Of a DNA stretch of 58,851 nt, positions 1 through 9,358 are shown one piece after another. Both the position numbers and the translations under genes were made by a program. Position 1 is the first letter of the stretch. Each line of letters opens with the position of its first letter. Below the pieces are notes generated by a model, which made no database searches, had not been told where the DNA came from, and was given only the letters and a program-made list of their open reading frames with translations. Origin of the DNA: a virus (lineage: Duplodnaviria; Caudoviricetes); IMG/VR virus record IMGVR_UViG_3300042477_000507, positions 1 to 58,851 of that record; one strand, given 5' to 3'.

Positions 1-1187
1 AAAGAGTCGCGTTCTAGCTGAAACTTAAACAAAGCCTCTTTCAGGATGTCAACACCGGCCCCACTTTGATTCGTTGAGCTAAAAAAGCCACTAGCAACGA
101 TGCGGCCATCGGCGTAAGAGGTTCCAGTAATGTTATACTCAACAGAGCTATTCGCACCCGCGCTTACCCAAGAACCCCCCGTCGTTGCACCAGTTGCACG
201 AACCTGCCAGTTAAAATTGCCAGTAGAAATAGAAAGCAAAGAAAGCGCTGTTAGGATGACAATTCCATCAAGACGAGCAGACTTGAGACGAAGTGAAATC
301 ACTGGGTAAAAGGTCCCAGCAGTACCAAGCGTGCGAGGAGAGGTCAACGGAATTGAGACGGCTTGCTGTAATCCCCGGAGTTCGTAGCCGCCTTCAGAAA
401 TCACTGTCGAGCAGATTTGCTTTAACGTGCTTGCACTCGCAGTTCCTGCCGTGTTCTCGATTTCATAGCGCAATGGCAATGATGCAGTTGTAATATAAGT
501 TGAAGCAATAAGATTGGCGTGATGGAAAGAGTGGCACAGGATAAAAACTCCGTTAATCACAAAGCCAAGTCGAACAGTGCCCAGCCCGAGCCACTCAATA
601 TCGACCCACATAATCTGTGCCTTTGTCGCATCAAGCGCAAAGCCTGACTCACCTGTTCCGTCAAGCTTGTCGCCGTTCCAGTCAGCTTGAGCAACTTTTG
701 TTTCAACGACAGACCCACTAACTGAGCTGCGCTCAACGAAAGAGAGCGTTGAGCCATCCAGCTCCAAATAGATGCCGTTCGCCACTCCATAATATCCAAC
801 ACGCTGCCTCAGCCCCGCTTTTGCGGGGTTCATCACGAAAGTGTTCAACGCAAGTAACGACTTACCTGGCTGATAACTAAAACACTTGGTCGTTTCTCTG
901 TAAACCTTAGATCCCGAAGCTGTCGTAACAGCAAGATCAACAAGACCCTCGTTTGCCGAAAATGTCGCAGCACCGCTATTCGATACGCTCGTAGCCCACA
1001 GCCCATTATCCGCGTACCGATGACTCGAATCAAAAAGCGTCAACGGATCAGAAACCCTTAGACGCCCAAAAGCATCAACAGATGCACCTGAAAAACTTGA
1101 ATCTACTTCAAGCTTGCCATCATTTGTTGCATCAATCTCTCTTGCGGCGCCCGTGGGCAGTGTTCCGTGGACTACAGCGTCAGGCAT
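1..1187 (-). CDS. virion structural protein (partial, runs off window start)
   Basis: Not in ORF track; read manually from ATG at 1187 (MPDAVVHGTLPTG...RLRVSDPLTLFDSSHRY...YQPGKS...DIEWLGLGTVRLGF), open to base 1; follows the major tail gene. Confidence 0.75.
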   Translation of the reverse strand, partial: MPDAVVHGTLPTGAAREIDATNDGKLEVDSSFSGASVDAFGRLRVSDPLTLFDSSHRYADNGLWATSVSNSGAATFSANEGLVDLAVTTASGSKVYRETTKCFSYQPGKSLLALNTFVMNPAKAGLRQRVGYYGVANGIYLELDGSTLSFVERSSVSGSVVETKVAQADWNGDKLDGTGESGFALDATKAQIMWVDIEWLGLGTVRLGFVINGVFILCHSFHHANLIASTYITTASLPLRYEIENTAGTASASTLKQICSTVISEGGYELRGLQQAVSIPLTSPRTLGTAGTFYPVISLRLKSARLDGIVILTALSLLSISTGNFNWQVRATGATTGGSWVSAGANSSVEYNITGTSYADGRIVASGFFSSTNQSGAGVDILKEALFKFQLERDS

Positions 1188-1200
1188 GATCGTACTCAGA

Positions 1201-1230
1201 AAAAAGAAAAGCCCCGCCGAAGCGGGGCTG
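1201..1230 (-). terminator. intrinsic terminator after major tail gene
   Basis: Minus strand AGCCCCGC-TTCG-GCGGGGCT followed by TTTCTTTTT. Confidence 0.85.
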
Positions 1231-1246
1231 TGTAACCCTGGCTGAA

Positions 1247-2014
1247 TCAGGTGGTAGCAAAGTCAAAGCTCACAGCTTCCGAAGGACGGAAGTTGATGGC
1301 AACAGACTGAGCGTCGTCCGGATTCACGTTCAGAGAAGCCGAGGTCAGGGTGACAGGCATCTCGATCGAGCGAGATTTAGTGTCATCCACAGAGCCACCA
1401 GACTCAATGCGCTCCAGGTAGAGCTTCATGCCAGCGCCCACCTGTTTGCGCAGCAGCACGTCCTGCACGAGGCGATTGGCCAGAGCGTTATCTTCGTCGG
1501 TCATGTAGACGTTGGCGGTGCCATTGGCATCACCAAAGCCAGAGATGTACTTGCGGAAGGGCACGTACTGACCAAGGGTCTGACCGATGGTTGTAACATC
1601 AATTTCGGCGCGTGAAATTTCAAGGCTCCAGTCGCGCACTTCTGCCACAACTGCGTAGCTGGCGTAGAACACTTCAAACTTGTTAGGCGCAGCAACAGTG
1701 CCGTCATCAGCAATGTCAACAGTTGCACCGCCAGCAGTGGTGGAAACTTGCAGAAGTCCAGTGGAGCTGCTGTAAGCAATTACGTAATAGGTGGTTGCGG
1801 TACTGAGAGGGGAAGGAAGGGTGCCAGAACCAGCAGCGCCAGTTTGCGTATTGCGGAAGTTAAATTTTACAGGATCGCCAACCTTGAAATTCAGATTGGC
1901 TCCAACGTTGATCGTGTCGCTTCCGACAACAATATCGGATTCACCAAAAGTTGCTGTGGTACCTGCGGGCTTGTAGTAGAAGGCGCCAGAAACGCCGGAC
2001 AGAACGGTTGCCAT
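1247..2014 (-). CDS. major tail tube protein with inserted beta-rich domain
   Basis: VAEVRDWSLEISRAEIDVTTIG...ISGFGDANGT tube-type motif; position after tail terminator; followed by terminator. Confidence 0.8.
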   Translation of the reverse strand: MATVLSGVSGAFYYKPAGTTATFGESDIVVGSDTINVGANLNFKVGDPVKFNFRNTQTGAAGSGTLPSPLSTATTYYVIAYSSSTGLLQVSTTAGGATVDIADDGTVAAPNKFEVFYASYAVVAEVRDWSLEISRAEIDVTTIGQTLGQYVPFRKYISGFGDANGTANVYMTDEDNALANRLVQDVLLRKQVGAGMKLYLERIESGGSVDDTKSRSIEMPVTLTSASLNVNPDDAQSVAINFRPSEAVSFDFATT

Positions 2015-2071
2015 GACAAGAAGGGGGTAGTGGCTTGTGTGGGCACTGCCCAGCTAGATACAGGTTAGCGA

Positions 2072-2500
2072 TTACTTGACGCTCGCCTGCCAACCGGTAT
2101 CAATACGCCCAATAAAATGAGGCGAATCATTTGGCGACTGAAAAGACGGCCCAGTAATTGCACCTGTTCTTACATAAGTAGTAGTCGATGTTTTATTTGC
2201 TGCATTTAGCGCATCAAGAGTCTGCTTTGCAAGCTGAATTAACTGTTGGCAACGTGCTGGTCCTGCGCTTTTGGGAGCAAAGCAGCGAATAATTAATGCA
2301 CCTCTCGCGTAATCAAGCGACCCATCAAGCGTCGATTCGGTCGTCAATCCAAACGTAACGTTGATTCGCACGTATTCACTCGGTGGGTCAGGAGGAACCG
2401 CAGTGATGTTATCAAAATAAACAGGAACAGGCGGAGATTGAGTGTTGTAAACGGTAAGCAATGGTGCCTCGATCTTGGCACGAATGGACTGATAGTTCAT
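2072..2500 (-). CDS. tail terminator / tail completion protein
   Basis: 142 aa, PVYFDN...VRINVTFG...RGALIIRCFAPK; synteny. Confidence 0.65.
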   Translation of the reverse strand: MNYQSIRAKIEAPLLTVYNTQSPPVPVYFDNITAVPPDPPSEYVRINVTFGLTTESTLDGSLDYARGALIIRCFAPKSAGPARCQQLIQLAKQTLDALNAANKTSTTTYVRTGAITGPSFQSPNDSPHFIGRIDTGWQASVK

Positions 2501-3072
2501 TAACGAATACCTCCAAATCCAATGCTAAAACCGTAACGAAGATTTTTGTTCAATTTACCACCCAGTGCATAAGTTGTTAGCCAGTCAGGCTCTGCCGTAA
2601 TCATTGCGTTTGGCTTGCTACTGTCGTCATGGCCCATGCTGATGTCATAACGAAAAGACGGCTCCTGCTCGCCATCTGCGTCTTTCGGGCGAAAGCCAAA
2701 CTCAACAGGATCTTTTAGCGGATCGGCATCATTTGGATGCGTGAAAATTGCTTCCTCGCCATCAATTGCGATTGCAGCATGTGGCGCGGTATTTACAATC
2801 TGAAATTGCTTTACCCCTTTTTCGATTGCTTTCTGAAAGCGCGAGACAGGAAAATTGCGCTTGTCATATTTATAGATTCTGCCTGAACCTCTTGGCGAAG
2901 ATGCACTTTGCCCAGGTCCAACAACATCCCAAGAAGCGGAAAATTCACCACTCCAGGCCGGGCCAACATCAACTAAACCATTAATGATTTCCACGGCTGC
3001 GCTTTGAACACCGTAAGCAATTTCGTTCTTCATGCGTTTTGTTAGTTCCTTCAAATTGCTTTTCTTTGCCAT
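2500..3072 (-). CDS. neck protein, HK97 gp10-like
   Basis: GPAWSGEFSASW and IVNTAPHA motifs; synteny. Confidence 0.6.
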   Translation of the reverse strand: MAKKSNLKELTKRMKNEIAYGVQSAAVEIINGLVDVGPAWSGEFSASWDVVGPGQSASSPRGSGRIYKYDKRNFPVSRFQKAIEKGVKQFQIVNTAPHAAIAIDGEEAIFTHPNDADPLKDPVEFGFRPKDADGEQEPSFRYDISMGHDDSSKPNAMITAEPDWLTTYALGGKLNKNLRYGFSIGFGGIR

Positions 3073-3073
3073 A

Positions 3074-3451
3074 TCAACTCAACCTCCCAACAACTGAGTG
3101 CAGAATAGCGCTATCGCCTCGATACGAAAACATGCCAATAATTTTTGCAGTTCTTGTCACCCCATTCTGTAAGTAGCGAATTGAGTCAGTTGTTTGCGGA
3201 AAATACCCAGAAAGAGAGTCGGCGGCAATGAGAATTTTTACATCAGTTTGCTGATACAGCCCCTGCATCTCCTCTGGCTTTAATTCAGAGATAACAATCT
3301 TGATCGCAATCTCGGCTGCAGCTCCCGAAACCGTGCCTGTTGTTGGATTGTAAGTCGGATTTGCGTTGGCTTTAATATATGTCGCGTCAACCCCAAACTG
3401 ATTGATCAGCGGGGCGGGAATTGAAGAAAAAATGTCGTCAACGAGAGACAT
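3074..3451 (-). CDS. head closure protein
   Basis: 125 aa, TYNPTTG motif; between adaptor and neck genes. Confidence 0.6.
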   Translation of the reverse strand: MSLVDDIFSSIPAPLINQFGVDATYIKANANPTYNPTTGTVSGAAAEIAIKIVISELKPEEMQGLYQQTDVKILIAADSLSGYFPQTTDSIRYLQNGVTRTAKIIGMFSYRGDSAILHSVVGRLS

Positions 3452-3457
3452 GGTTCA

Positions 3458-4117
3458 TCACAGCGGGTTGCTGTACCAGCCGCCGCGAGCAGGGAAAACT
3501 TGATTCCCAGCGAAGCGAACACGACTCGGGCGGAACGAGGCGCCGCCGTAGTAGGGGTCAATACGCGCCGTGCTGCTACGGCTCACATACGGTTGATTGA
3601 AGCTTGGGTCAATCATGTAGCGATACAGAATATCCATTGCAAACGGTGGAATGTAATCAATTCCCGTTTGTGGAATGTCACCTTGCTTAAACTTGACGCG
3701 TAGTGCTCCATCGCCCAATTCAACTTCCTCGTATTGATTTGTGCTACGAAGAGTTGCACCACCATCGTTTGCGGCAACTGCTGTATATCCGCCCCCACTT
3801 CCAAGAAATGCCGCCATGTAAGCGACAGCAATTTCAAAATCAATTGGCAGCTCATCAGTTGGCAATTGGCGCCCATCAACCTTGATCAGGCGCGGCCAAG
3901 AAAGAGACTGCGAAGCATCGGCGACATACCCCTTCCACTTCAAGGGGTTGACAGTCATCGTTGCGGCAACAAGTGTCTGCTCTTTTTGTGTGTTGTTGAG
4001 AGCAAGCCAGGCCGTAATGCCAGCGCTCACAGGAAGCTCACCGAGAAGCGTGGTGGCCCTCGCAACACTGATGAAGGAGTTGGCGTTAGCAGCTCCCAGG
4101 GTCGATACGAAGGCCAT
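3458..4117 (-). CDS. head-tail adaptor (DnaT-like N-terminus)
   Basis: ANSFISVARA...KEQTLVAAT...WKG...QSLSWPR motif; downstream of capsid gene. Confidence 0.7.
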   Translation of the reverse strand: MAFVSTLGAANANSFISVARATTLLGELPVSAGITAWLALNNTQKEQTLVAATMTVNPLKWKGYVADASQSLSWPRLIKVDGRQLPTDELPIDFEIAVAYMAAFLGSGGGYTAVAANDGGATLRSTNQYEEVELGDGALRVKFKQGDIPQTGIDYIPPFAMDILYRYMIDPSFNQPYVSRSSTARIDPYYGGASFRPSRVRFAGNQVFPARGGWYSNPL

Positions 4118-4136
4118 CGTGACGCCTCTCTAGGGC

Positions 4137-4310
4137 TCAGCCCTTGACAGTGGTGGTCTTGGTCTTTGCGCTGGCCACGGGAGCCTTAGGCGCAGGTGCG
4201 GGGCAGGCGACAGGAGCTTCCTCAACGGGGGCTTCAGCAGGTGCTTCAACCTCAGTCTTCAGCTTGGCCTCTTCTTGCTCGCGTGCGAGACGAAAAGTAG
4301 TAATCGACAT
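4137..4310 (-). CDS. small Ala/Pro/Glu-rich hypothetical protein (57 aa)
   Basis: Manual read MSITTFRLAREQEEAKLK...TVKG*; fills the gap between MCP and adaptor. Confidence 0.6.
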   Translation of the reverse strand: MSITTFRLAREQEEAKLKTEVEAPAEAPVEEAPVACPAPAPKAPVASAKTKTTTVKG

Positions 4311-4327
4311 GACGGTTACTTGATAGT

Positions 4328-4351
4328 GAAAAGCCCCTCCGAAGAGGGGCC
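4328..4351 (-). terminator. terminator after major capsid gene
   Basis: GCCCCTC-TTCG-GAGGGGC then TTTTC. Confidence 0.75.
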
Positions 4352-4364
4352 GTGACTACAGCGA

Positions 4365-5348
4365 TCAGATGTAGCAGCGGAGCTGCGTGATCCGAATGTT
4401 GCGATCGTCGGTGAACACCTTGTCCCAGTTGGTGCCAGTAGCAAGCTCAGCATTGGTGGGCGAGTTGCCAGCAGCGTTGCCAACCCAACTGATGCCATTG
4501 GGATGCACCAGATAGTGCGTCCGGTTGATCAGGTAGTCGATGCCCTTCAGGGAATCGCGGTCAGTCTCGAGCGGGGTCTTGGCAGGAGCAGTTGCAAAAG
4601 CAAATGCACCAGGGCCGAAGAAGTAGGTGTGCAGCACGTCAGCACCGCCAGTACCGGCGCCAGCATCAACAGGCAGGGTGTCGTCAACGAACACCGGGCG
4701 ACCCAGGTAGGTGCCCAGCTCAAGGCGTTGAGCAGACAGGCGAGTATCGAGCTGAGAGGTGCTGGAAGCAGGAACAATCAGATCCAGCTTCATCAGTGCG
4801 TAGTAGATGCGGGAGTGCATCAGAACGCCAGTCAGCTCTTGACCCGCATCACCCAGCTTGGCGATGGCGTCAACCATCACGCTTTGAGAGAGCTGAGTGC
4901 TGGTACCGCCAGCAGCGTGAGAGGAGGTCAGAGGACCACCGGTGGCGAACAGACCCTTGATCACGTTGATCAGCGAGGTCTGCATGTCGCGCACCCAATA
5001 CTGACCAGTGCGACGAGCAATGGCCTGCATGGGGTCAGAGCCAGCCAGTTCACCAGCCAGGTCAGAAGCCTTCCAAGCCTTACCACGCATGTTGCGCACG
5101 CCGGTCTGCACGTCGCCAGCCAGAGTGGCGGCGGTCAAACCAGTGGTGTCATCAAGGATCTCGGAGTCACCCGACAGATCACCGAAGAAAGGCAGGTCGA
5201 TGGTCTTGCCGCCTTTAGCAAACTCAGCCTGGATGGCAGAGTTCGTAACCATCAGGCCGGAAGTGACCAGAGCGTTGCGGTTTTGCAGCTCTTCCTGCTG
5301 GTATTCCAGGAAAAGCTGAGGAATAAAAGGAATGCCAGCGAGAAGCAT
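4365..5348 (-). CDS. major capsid protein
   Basis: GGKTIDLPFFGDLSGD, RGKAWKASDLA, GSDPMQAIA, KLGDAG, LMHS, ETDRD, HPNGISW motifs of a phage coat family; strong codon bias. Confidence 0.9.
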   Translation of the reverse strand: MLLAGIPFIPQLFLEYQQEELQNRNALVTSGLMVTNSAIQAEFAKGGKTIDLPFFGDLSGDSEILDDTTGLTAATLAGDVQTGVRNMRGKAWKASDLAGELAGSDPMQAIARRTGQYWVRDMQTSLINVIKGLFATGGPLTSSHAAGGTSTQLSQSVMVDAIAKLGDAGQELTGVLMHSRIYYALMKLDLIVPASSTSQLDTRLSAQRLELGTYLGRPVFVDDTLPVDAGAGTGGADVLHTYFFGPGAFAFATAPAKTPLETDRDSLKGIDYLINRTHYLVHPNGISWVGNAAGNSPTNAELATGTNWDKVFTDDRNIRITQLRCYI

Positions 5349-5384
5349 TGTCTTTGCCTCAAAGAAGAGAAGAAAACAAACGAG

Positions 5385-5496
5385 CTGCCTACAGCACTGC
5401 TGTCAGGCGGATTGAAAAAGTTTGTGTCGGTACAACCGCACTGCGCGAGCGCTTGGCTCGACTTCACGAGGCACGGCCTCTAACACTGAAATACTA
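5385..5496 (-). promoter_or_regulatory. -10 element plus multi-hairpin 5' leader of capsid gene
   Basis: cgcTAGTAT at 5496-5491, then five short hairpins with 5-nt loops. Confidence 0.5.
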
Positions 5497-5679
5497 GCGC
5501 TTCTTCTTAGCGGCAGGCTTCCGCTTCTTTTTCGGAGGCATACCACTTTCACTTGCGGCAATTGCCATCGCTTGAGCACGACTTGTCACCTTTGCACCCG
5601 AAGATGACTTAAGTGTTCCAGCGTAAAATTCTCTCATCACCTTTTCAAATTTACTTTGTTGCTTACTTGGTTTTTTCAT
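5494..5679 (-). CDS. small basic protein
   Basis: KFEKVMREFYAGTLKSSSGAKVTSRAQAMAIA motif common in phage head modules. Confidence 0.7.
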   Translation of the reverse strand: MKKPSKQQSKFEKVMREFYAGTLKSSSGAKVTSRAQAMAIAASESGMPPKKKRKPAAKKKR

Positions 5680-5699
5680 GATTAACAAATGCAAGTTAA

Positions 5700-5727
5700 T
5701 AAAAAAGCCCCACCGAAGTGAGGCCCT
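5700..5727 (-). terminator. terminator
   Basis: GCCTCAC-TTCG-GTGGGGC followed by T-run. Confidence 0.7.
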
Positions 5728-5746
5728 TTAAAAAAATGGACGGGGA

Positions 5747-6037
5747 TCAGGCGGTGGTGTCCAGAGTCCAGCCCTTGCCAGTGGCAACAGCTTTCTCACC
5801 GGCGGACACAGTGGCATTACCAGCGGTACCGCTGATGTCCAAGGTCTGGGTGCCGGTCACGGTGGGGAGACCAGCAAACAGTTCCACCAGGTTGGCGCGG
5901 GTGAAAGCAGCAGGGATCACGTAGATGCTGCCGCTGGCCATACCGGCGTCGTAGGAGATGCGAAGAGAGGTAATGACCTCTTCGACCGCAGAAGTGATCT
6001 GGCGGCCAATGACGTTGCGATCAGTCTTGAAAGGCAT
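5747..6037 (-). CDS. hypothetical, probably structural/decoration protein
   Basis: 96 aa, codon bias like MCP, own terminator. Confidence 0.6.
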   Translation of the reverse strand: MPFKTDRNVIGRQITSAVEEVITSLRISYDAGMASGSIYVIPAAFTRANLVELFAGLPTVTGTQTLDISGTAGNATVSAGEKAVATGKGWTLDTTA

Positions 6038-6063
6038 GACAAATGAGGTGAGCGCTCTGACAC

Positions 6064-6306
6064 ATGCTAAGAACCCCGGCCCCTCCTAGCCTTTTCTTGC
6101 ATCGCGGGCGAACGGTGTCAGAAAGACGCACATGGAACTCGCCTGTGCGCGAGCCCTGGAACCCAATCATTCATCACCTACTGAAGGCCGTAGACACGCA
6201 CAATCGACTTTATTTTCAAACCTGCGACGAATGGCATCTTCAAAAAGCTAGAGAAATGCGTGCGTATGTAGTTGAACTTAAGGATTGGATTAAAAGCCAG
6301 GAGTGA
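6064..6306 (+). CDS. hypothetical protein (antisense to head module)
   Basis: Fills intergenic gap; WNSPVREPWNPIIHHLLKAVD; true start uncertain. Confidence 0.5.
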   Translation: MLRTPAPPSLFLHRGRTVSERRTWNSPVREPWNPIIHHLLKAVDTHNRLYFQTCDEWHLQKAREMRAYVVELKDWIKSQE

Positions 6307-6315
6307 ATCTCTTAT

Positions 6316-6588
6316 CTACCATTTAACCTTGTCAGCCCAATAAGCTGCACTCATCTTTCCTTTAGAGATATTATCAGCATGTCTTGCCTTGAAAGCGCGT
6401 TGACGCGCTTTTTCTCTCTCTGCTCTAGGATTGCTACCGGCCCCGGAGACGCCCTGCTGCCCAAAGCGAATCAACTTAACTTCATCGCCACTTTTTGCAA
6501 GAACAGCGTGCGACTTGGTGGGATGATTAGGCGTTCTCTTGGGCTTATTGTAACCTTCAAAAGTCTCCCCGCGATAAGTAATGGACAT
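6316..6588 (-). CDS. small basic protein
   Basis: GYNKPKRTPNHPTKSHAVLAK...KLIRFGQQG...FKARH...SAAYWADKVKW, a widespread phage family. Confidence 0.8.
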   Translation of the reverse strand: MSITYRGETFEGYNKPKRTPNHPTKSHAVLAKSGDEVKLIRFGQQGVSGAGSNPRAEREKARQRAFKARHADNISKGKMSAAYWADKVKW

Positions 6589-6619
6589 TTTGCAAAAGCG
6601 GCTAGTCGCACACTAGCGA

Positions 6620-6645
6620 TAAAAAAGCCCCCAGGCGGGGGCTGA
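6620..6645 (-). terminator. terminator after scaffold gene
   Basis: AGCCCCC-GCCT-GGGGGCT then TTTTT. Confidence 0.7.
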
Positions 6646-6669
6646 ATCCTTCATCTACCACAGATGAAT

Positions 6670-7512
6670 CTACATCGTTTGCAGCGCCCTGCCCAGCACG
6701 GGATCAAGCTTGCCTGCAATGCGCGCCTCAGAGATCAAACGCTTTGCCTTGTCTGGATCCTTCTGCAAGATTTCTGCCGCCTTCGTGGCATTCAGGGAAT
6801 CCTTGCTGAACGGGTTGTTCGAGTAGGACGGCGTAGCAGAACGATTCGTGGTCATGCCCGATCCAGTCGCACCGCTTCCTGCAAAGTAAACAGAGAACTC
6901 CTCGTCGTCACGAAGACGAGAAACGGCGTCACGAAGAGATACGGGATCATCCTCAGACCCATACACAACAGTGTTCTCGTCATCGAGAAGACGGAACTTC
7001 TCCTTCAGCAACTTGTAAAGATGCGACGGACGACGACATTCAACTTTTGACAGCTCGTCAGTCACATAACGCTCAAGCTTGTTCTCTCGACGCTGCTCTC
7101 GCTCTTGATTGCGCTGCTGCTCAAGTTCCTCATTCACCTTGCGCAAATCAGCAAGCTCCTTGCGAAGGGAGGTGAACTGGGCTTTCAGAGCCTCGTTCAT
7201 CGCATCAGAAGGTGTCTGCTCCTGCTGCTTGCTCGATTGCTGCTGCTGAGCCTCAGCGGTGGCAGTGTCGGTCTTGCGAGCGAGCCCAGCAATGCGCTCA
7301 GCAATCGCTTCTTCGTCAAGATCGTCGCTCAGCTCGATGCCAGCAACTTTCAAAAAGCTATCGACGGTCTTCTTTTTCTTAAGATCCTTCAGCAGCCCTT
7401 CTTTTGTTGCCTTGAGCTTCGCGCCCTCACTTTCCAGCTCACCAGTCTTCTTTTGAAGTGCCTGGATCAACGCAAGAGCGTCTTCAAGAGTTTCGGGGGT
7501 GTGCTCGGTCAC
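6670..7512 (-). CDS. capsid scaffolding protein
   Basis: Coiled-coil rich, C-terminal GSGATGSG...NNPF...NAT; between portal and MCP. Confidence 0.75.
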   Translation of the reverse strand: MTEHTPETLEDALALIQALQKKTGELESEGAKLKATKEGLLKDLKKKKTVDSFLKVAGIELSDDLDEEAIAERIAGLARKTDTATAEAQQQQSSKQQEQTPSDAMNEALKAQFTSLRKELADLRKVNEELEQQRNQEREQRRENKLERYVTDELSKVECRRPSHLYKLLKEKFRLLDDENTVVYGSEDDPVSLRDAVSRLRDDEEFSVYFAGSGATGSGMTTNRSATPSYSNNPFSKDSLNATKAAEILQKDPDKAKRLISEARIAGKLDPVLGRALQTM

Positions 7513-7533
7513 GCAAAGTCGTCTGTTGACTCG

Positions 7534-9261
7534 TTAAATAGTAGCATTGTTCGCTTCGTTTAGCTCAGCAGAAGCTTCTGCGACTTCTAGATCACGCCCT
7601 TCGCTCAGCATGGTGCTGTTATCAACAGGGATTTGCCCGCGATTTGCAATCTGACGCCCACCGGCGGCGCCCACCCCAAGGTCTTGAGCGGTTTCTGTGC
7701 CGTCAAGCCCCATGTCGTCAAGCAGATTTTTAACACTGAAATCAGACAGTCCTTCAAACATTTCGCCCGCTTCAAGCATACGCAAGAACATTTCAATCGT
7801 AATTGCGTTGCTGTCTTTGAACAAAGAACTGAGCGCCATTACTTGCTGAGAATGCAGCTTAACGGGGATGAAGTTTTTGCTAATCGTCACGCGCACTTCA
7901 GGAATAGAGCGATAGGCGGACGCATACAGCAGCGCACGATTCAGTGCATCCTCAAGGCTCTGCACAAGGACGGCGAGCTGAGAATCGCTCTGGGAGCGGT
8001 CCAGGAGCTTCGCAAAGCCCGACTCTGCTTGGGTTTTGCTGGTAGTCATAGCAACGGCGGCAAGGCGCTCCATGGCCGCTTCTACGCGCCTCAGATTCTC
8101 AAGCGTCACCGATGCACCCTCCATCGAAGCGCTCATCAAGCTGAATTTCGCGTCGGGATTCTGCGAGAACAGGGCACGCCCAGCACCCGCCTTGATCTCA
8201 TCATCAGGACGCACACCAGTACCCGTAAGGATCGGCGAGGAAGTCAAGTGAATTGTTTCCGCAAGGTCAGCAGACACGCTCCAATGATGCAAGTTGAGAC
8301 GTGCGATGTCAAAAAGCAAAGGGCGGGCGCGGAAAAATGCTTCTTTTTTACCCCCTAGTACGGGAACAAACGGAATAAAAGGAATCGAAAGATACGTAGT
8401 TTCTTCAAGAGTGTATTTATCTACATTGCTGGGTTTGTTGCGCTTTGTATAAAGACGGCAGCGCACTCGCTGACCCTCAACAACTGGCTCAACTTCGTCA
8501 GAAAGCTCGGAAACATCGTTATTTGCAAGATTTACAATGTCATATACGCGCACTGCAGGGATAACTTCTTCAAAAAACTCGTTCTCTTCGCTTTGGCGAC
8601 GTACTTCTGTCTTGATGCGCAAATAAGTAGGAAACGCCCCAAAAATATTCTGCGCCCCAATCTGTGCGTTGAACACGTCATAACGACATTCAAGCACTTG
8701 ATCCATGCGCATCAGCACGAAGTACGGGCGTGGGTTGATACGACGCTCCTCAGCGGCGCTCAAGCCCTCGGGCAGTTTGGGATATTCGACCCAAATTGCA
8801 GAAACACCCCCATCAAGAGCATCTGTAAACACTTCTTTTGTAAAAGAAGCAAGCGAATGCCCTTCAAGATCAACATCTTCAAAGAAATTGCTCCACTCTG
8901 AGGGAACGCTCTCTGGTACAGATACTCCTTTGCGAAGTGCTGTCCCGACCACGAGGTCTCTTAGATGCGAGTAATAGTTCTGAAAACTGCTTTGTGCGCG
9001 TGTCTTGCGTACTTGATAACTTTTTTGCTCTTCTAGATAGTCCTGGGGTAAGTATTCGTCCGATGCTTCAAAGAGATAGAACTCAGGAAGCGTGCAAAAA
9101 CGAATAGGGGCGAGACGTGAAAACTGCTCTGCTTGTTCAATCGAGTACGCATCTACGCCTGATACCTCTTCAAATGCTTCCTCGTACTCAGGAAAGCGAC
9201 GCTCGAAGGGCAGCGTCAAATTATCACTTGTCGGAACGAGCGAGTTAGGGATGATCGTCAC
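7534..9261 (-). CDS. portal protein (DUF4055-like)
   Basis: 575 aa; YLPQ..E..SY..R, DVDLEG, WVEYP, RPYFV, PLLFDIARLNLHHW; next to terL. Confidence 0.85.
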   Translation of the reverse strand: MTIIPNSLVPTSDNLTLPFERRFPEYEEAFEEVSGVDAYSIEQAEQFSRLAPIRFCTLPEFYLFEASDEYLPQDYLEEQKSYQVRKTRAQSSFQNYYSHLRDLVVGTALRKGVSVPESVPSEWSNFFEDVDLEGHSLASFTKEVFTDALDGGVSAIWVEYPKLPEGLSAAEERRINPRPYFVLMRMDQVLECRYDVFNAQIGAQNIFGAFPTYLRIKTEVRRQSEENEFFEEVIPAVRVYDIVNLANNDVSELSDEVEPVVEGQRVRCRLYTKRNKPSNVDKYTLEETTYLSIPFIPFVPVLGGKKEAFFRARPLLFDIARLNLHHWSVSADLAETIHLTSSPILTGTGVRPDDEIKAGAGRALFSQNPDAKFSLMSASMEGASVTLENLRRVEAAMERLAAVAMTTSKTQAESGFAKLLDRSQSDSQLAVLVQSLEDALNRALLYASAYRSIPEVRVTISKNFIPVKLHSQQVMALSSLFKDSNAITIEMFLRMLEAGEMFEGLSDFSVKNLLDDMGLDGTETAQDLGVGAAGGRQIANRGQIPVDNSTMLSEGRDLEVAEASAELNEANNATI

Positions 9262-9358
9262 GTCGAGTCCAGCCTTTCCCTGAGTTTACCTGCTATAAAA
9301 TGGGTTGACCCGGCGGGCTGCAACCCCCGGATCGTGTTCACACCTAACGTCAATAGGC

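Noticed and set aside
5391-5445. CAGUG loops as iron-responsive elements
   Set aside because: They lack the IRE bulged C and 5-bp upper stem geometry; likely coincidence.
4503-5483. 326-aa plus-strand ORF and other long antisense ORFs over structural genes
   Set aside because: Shadow ORFs caused by codon bias of the capsid, portal and fibre genes.
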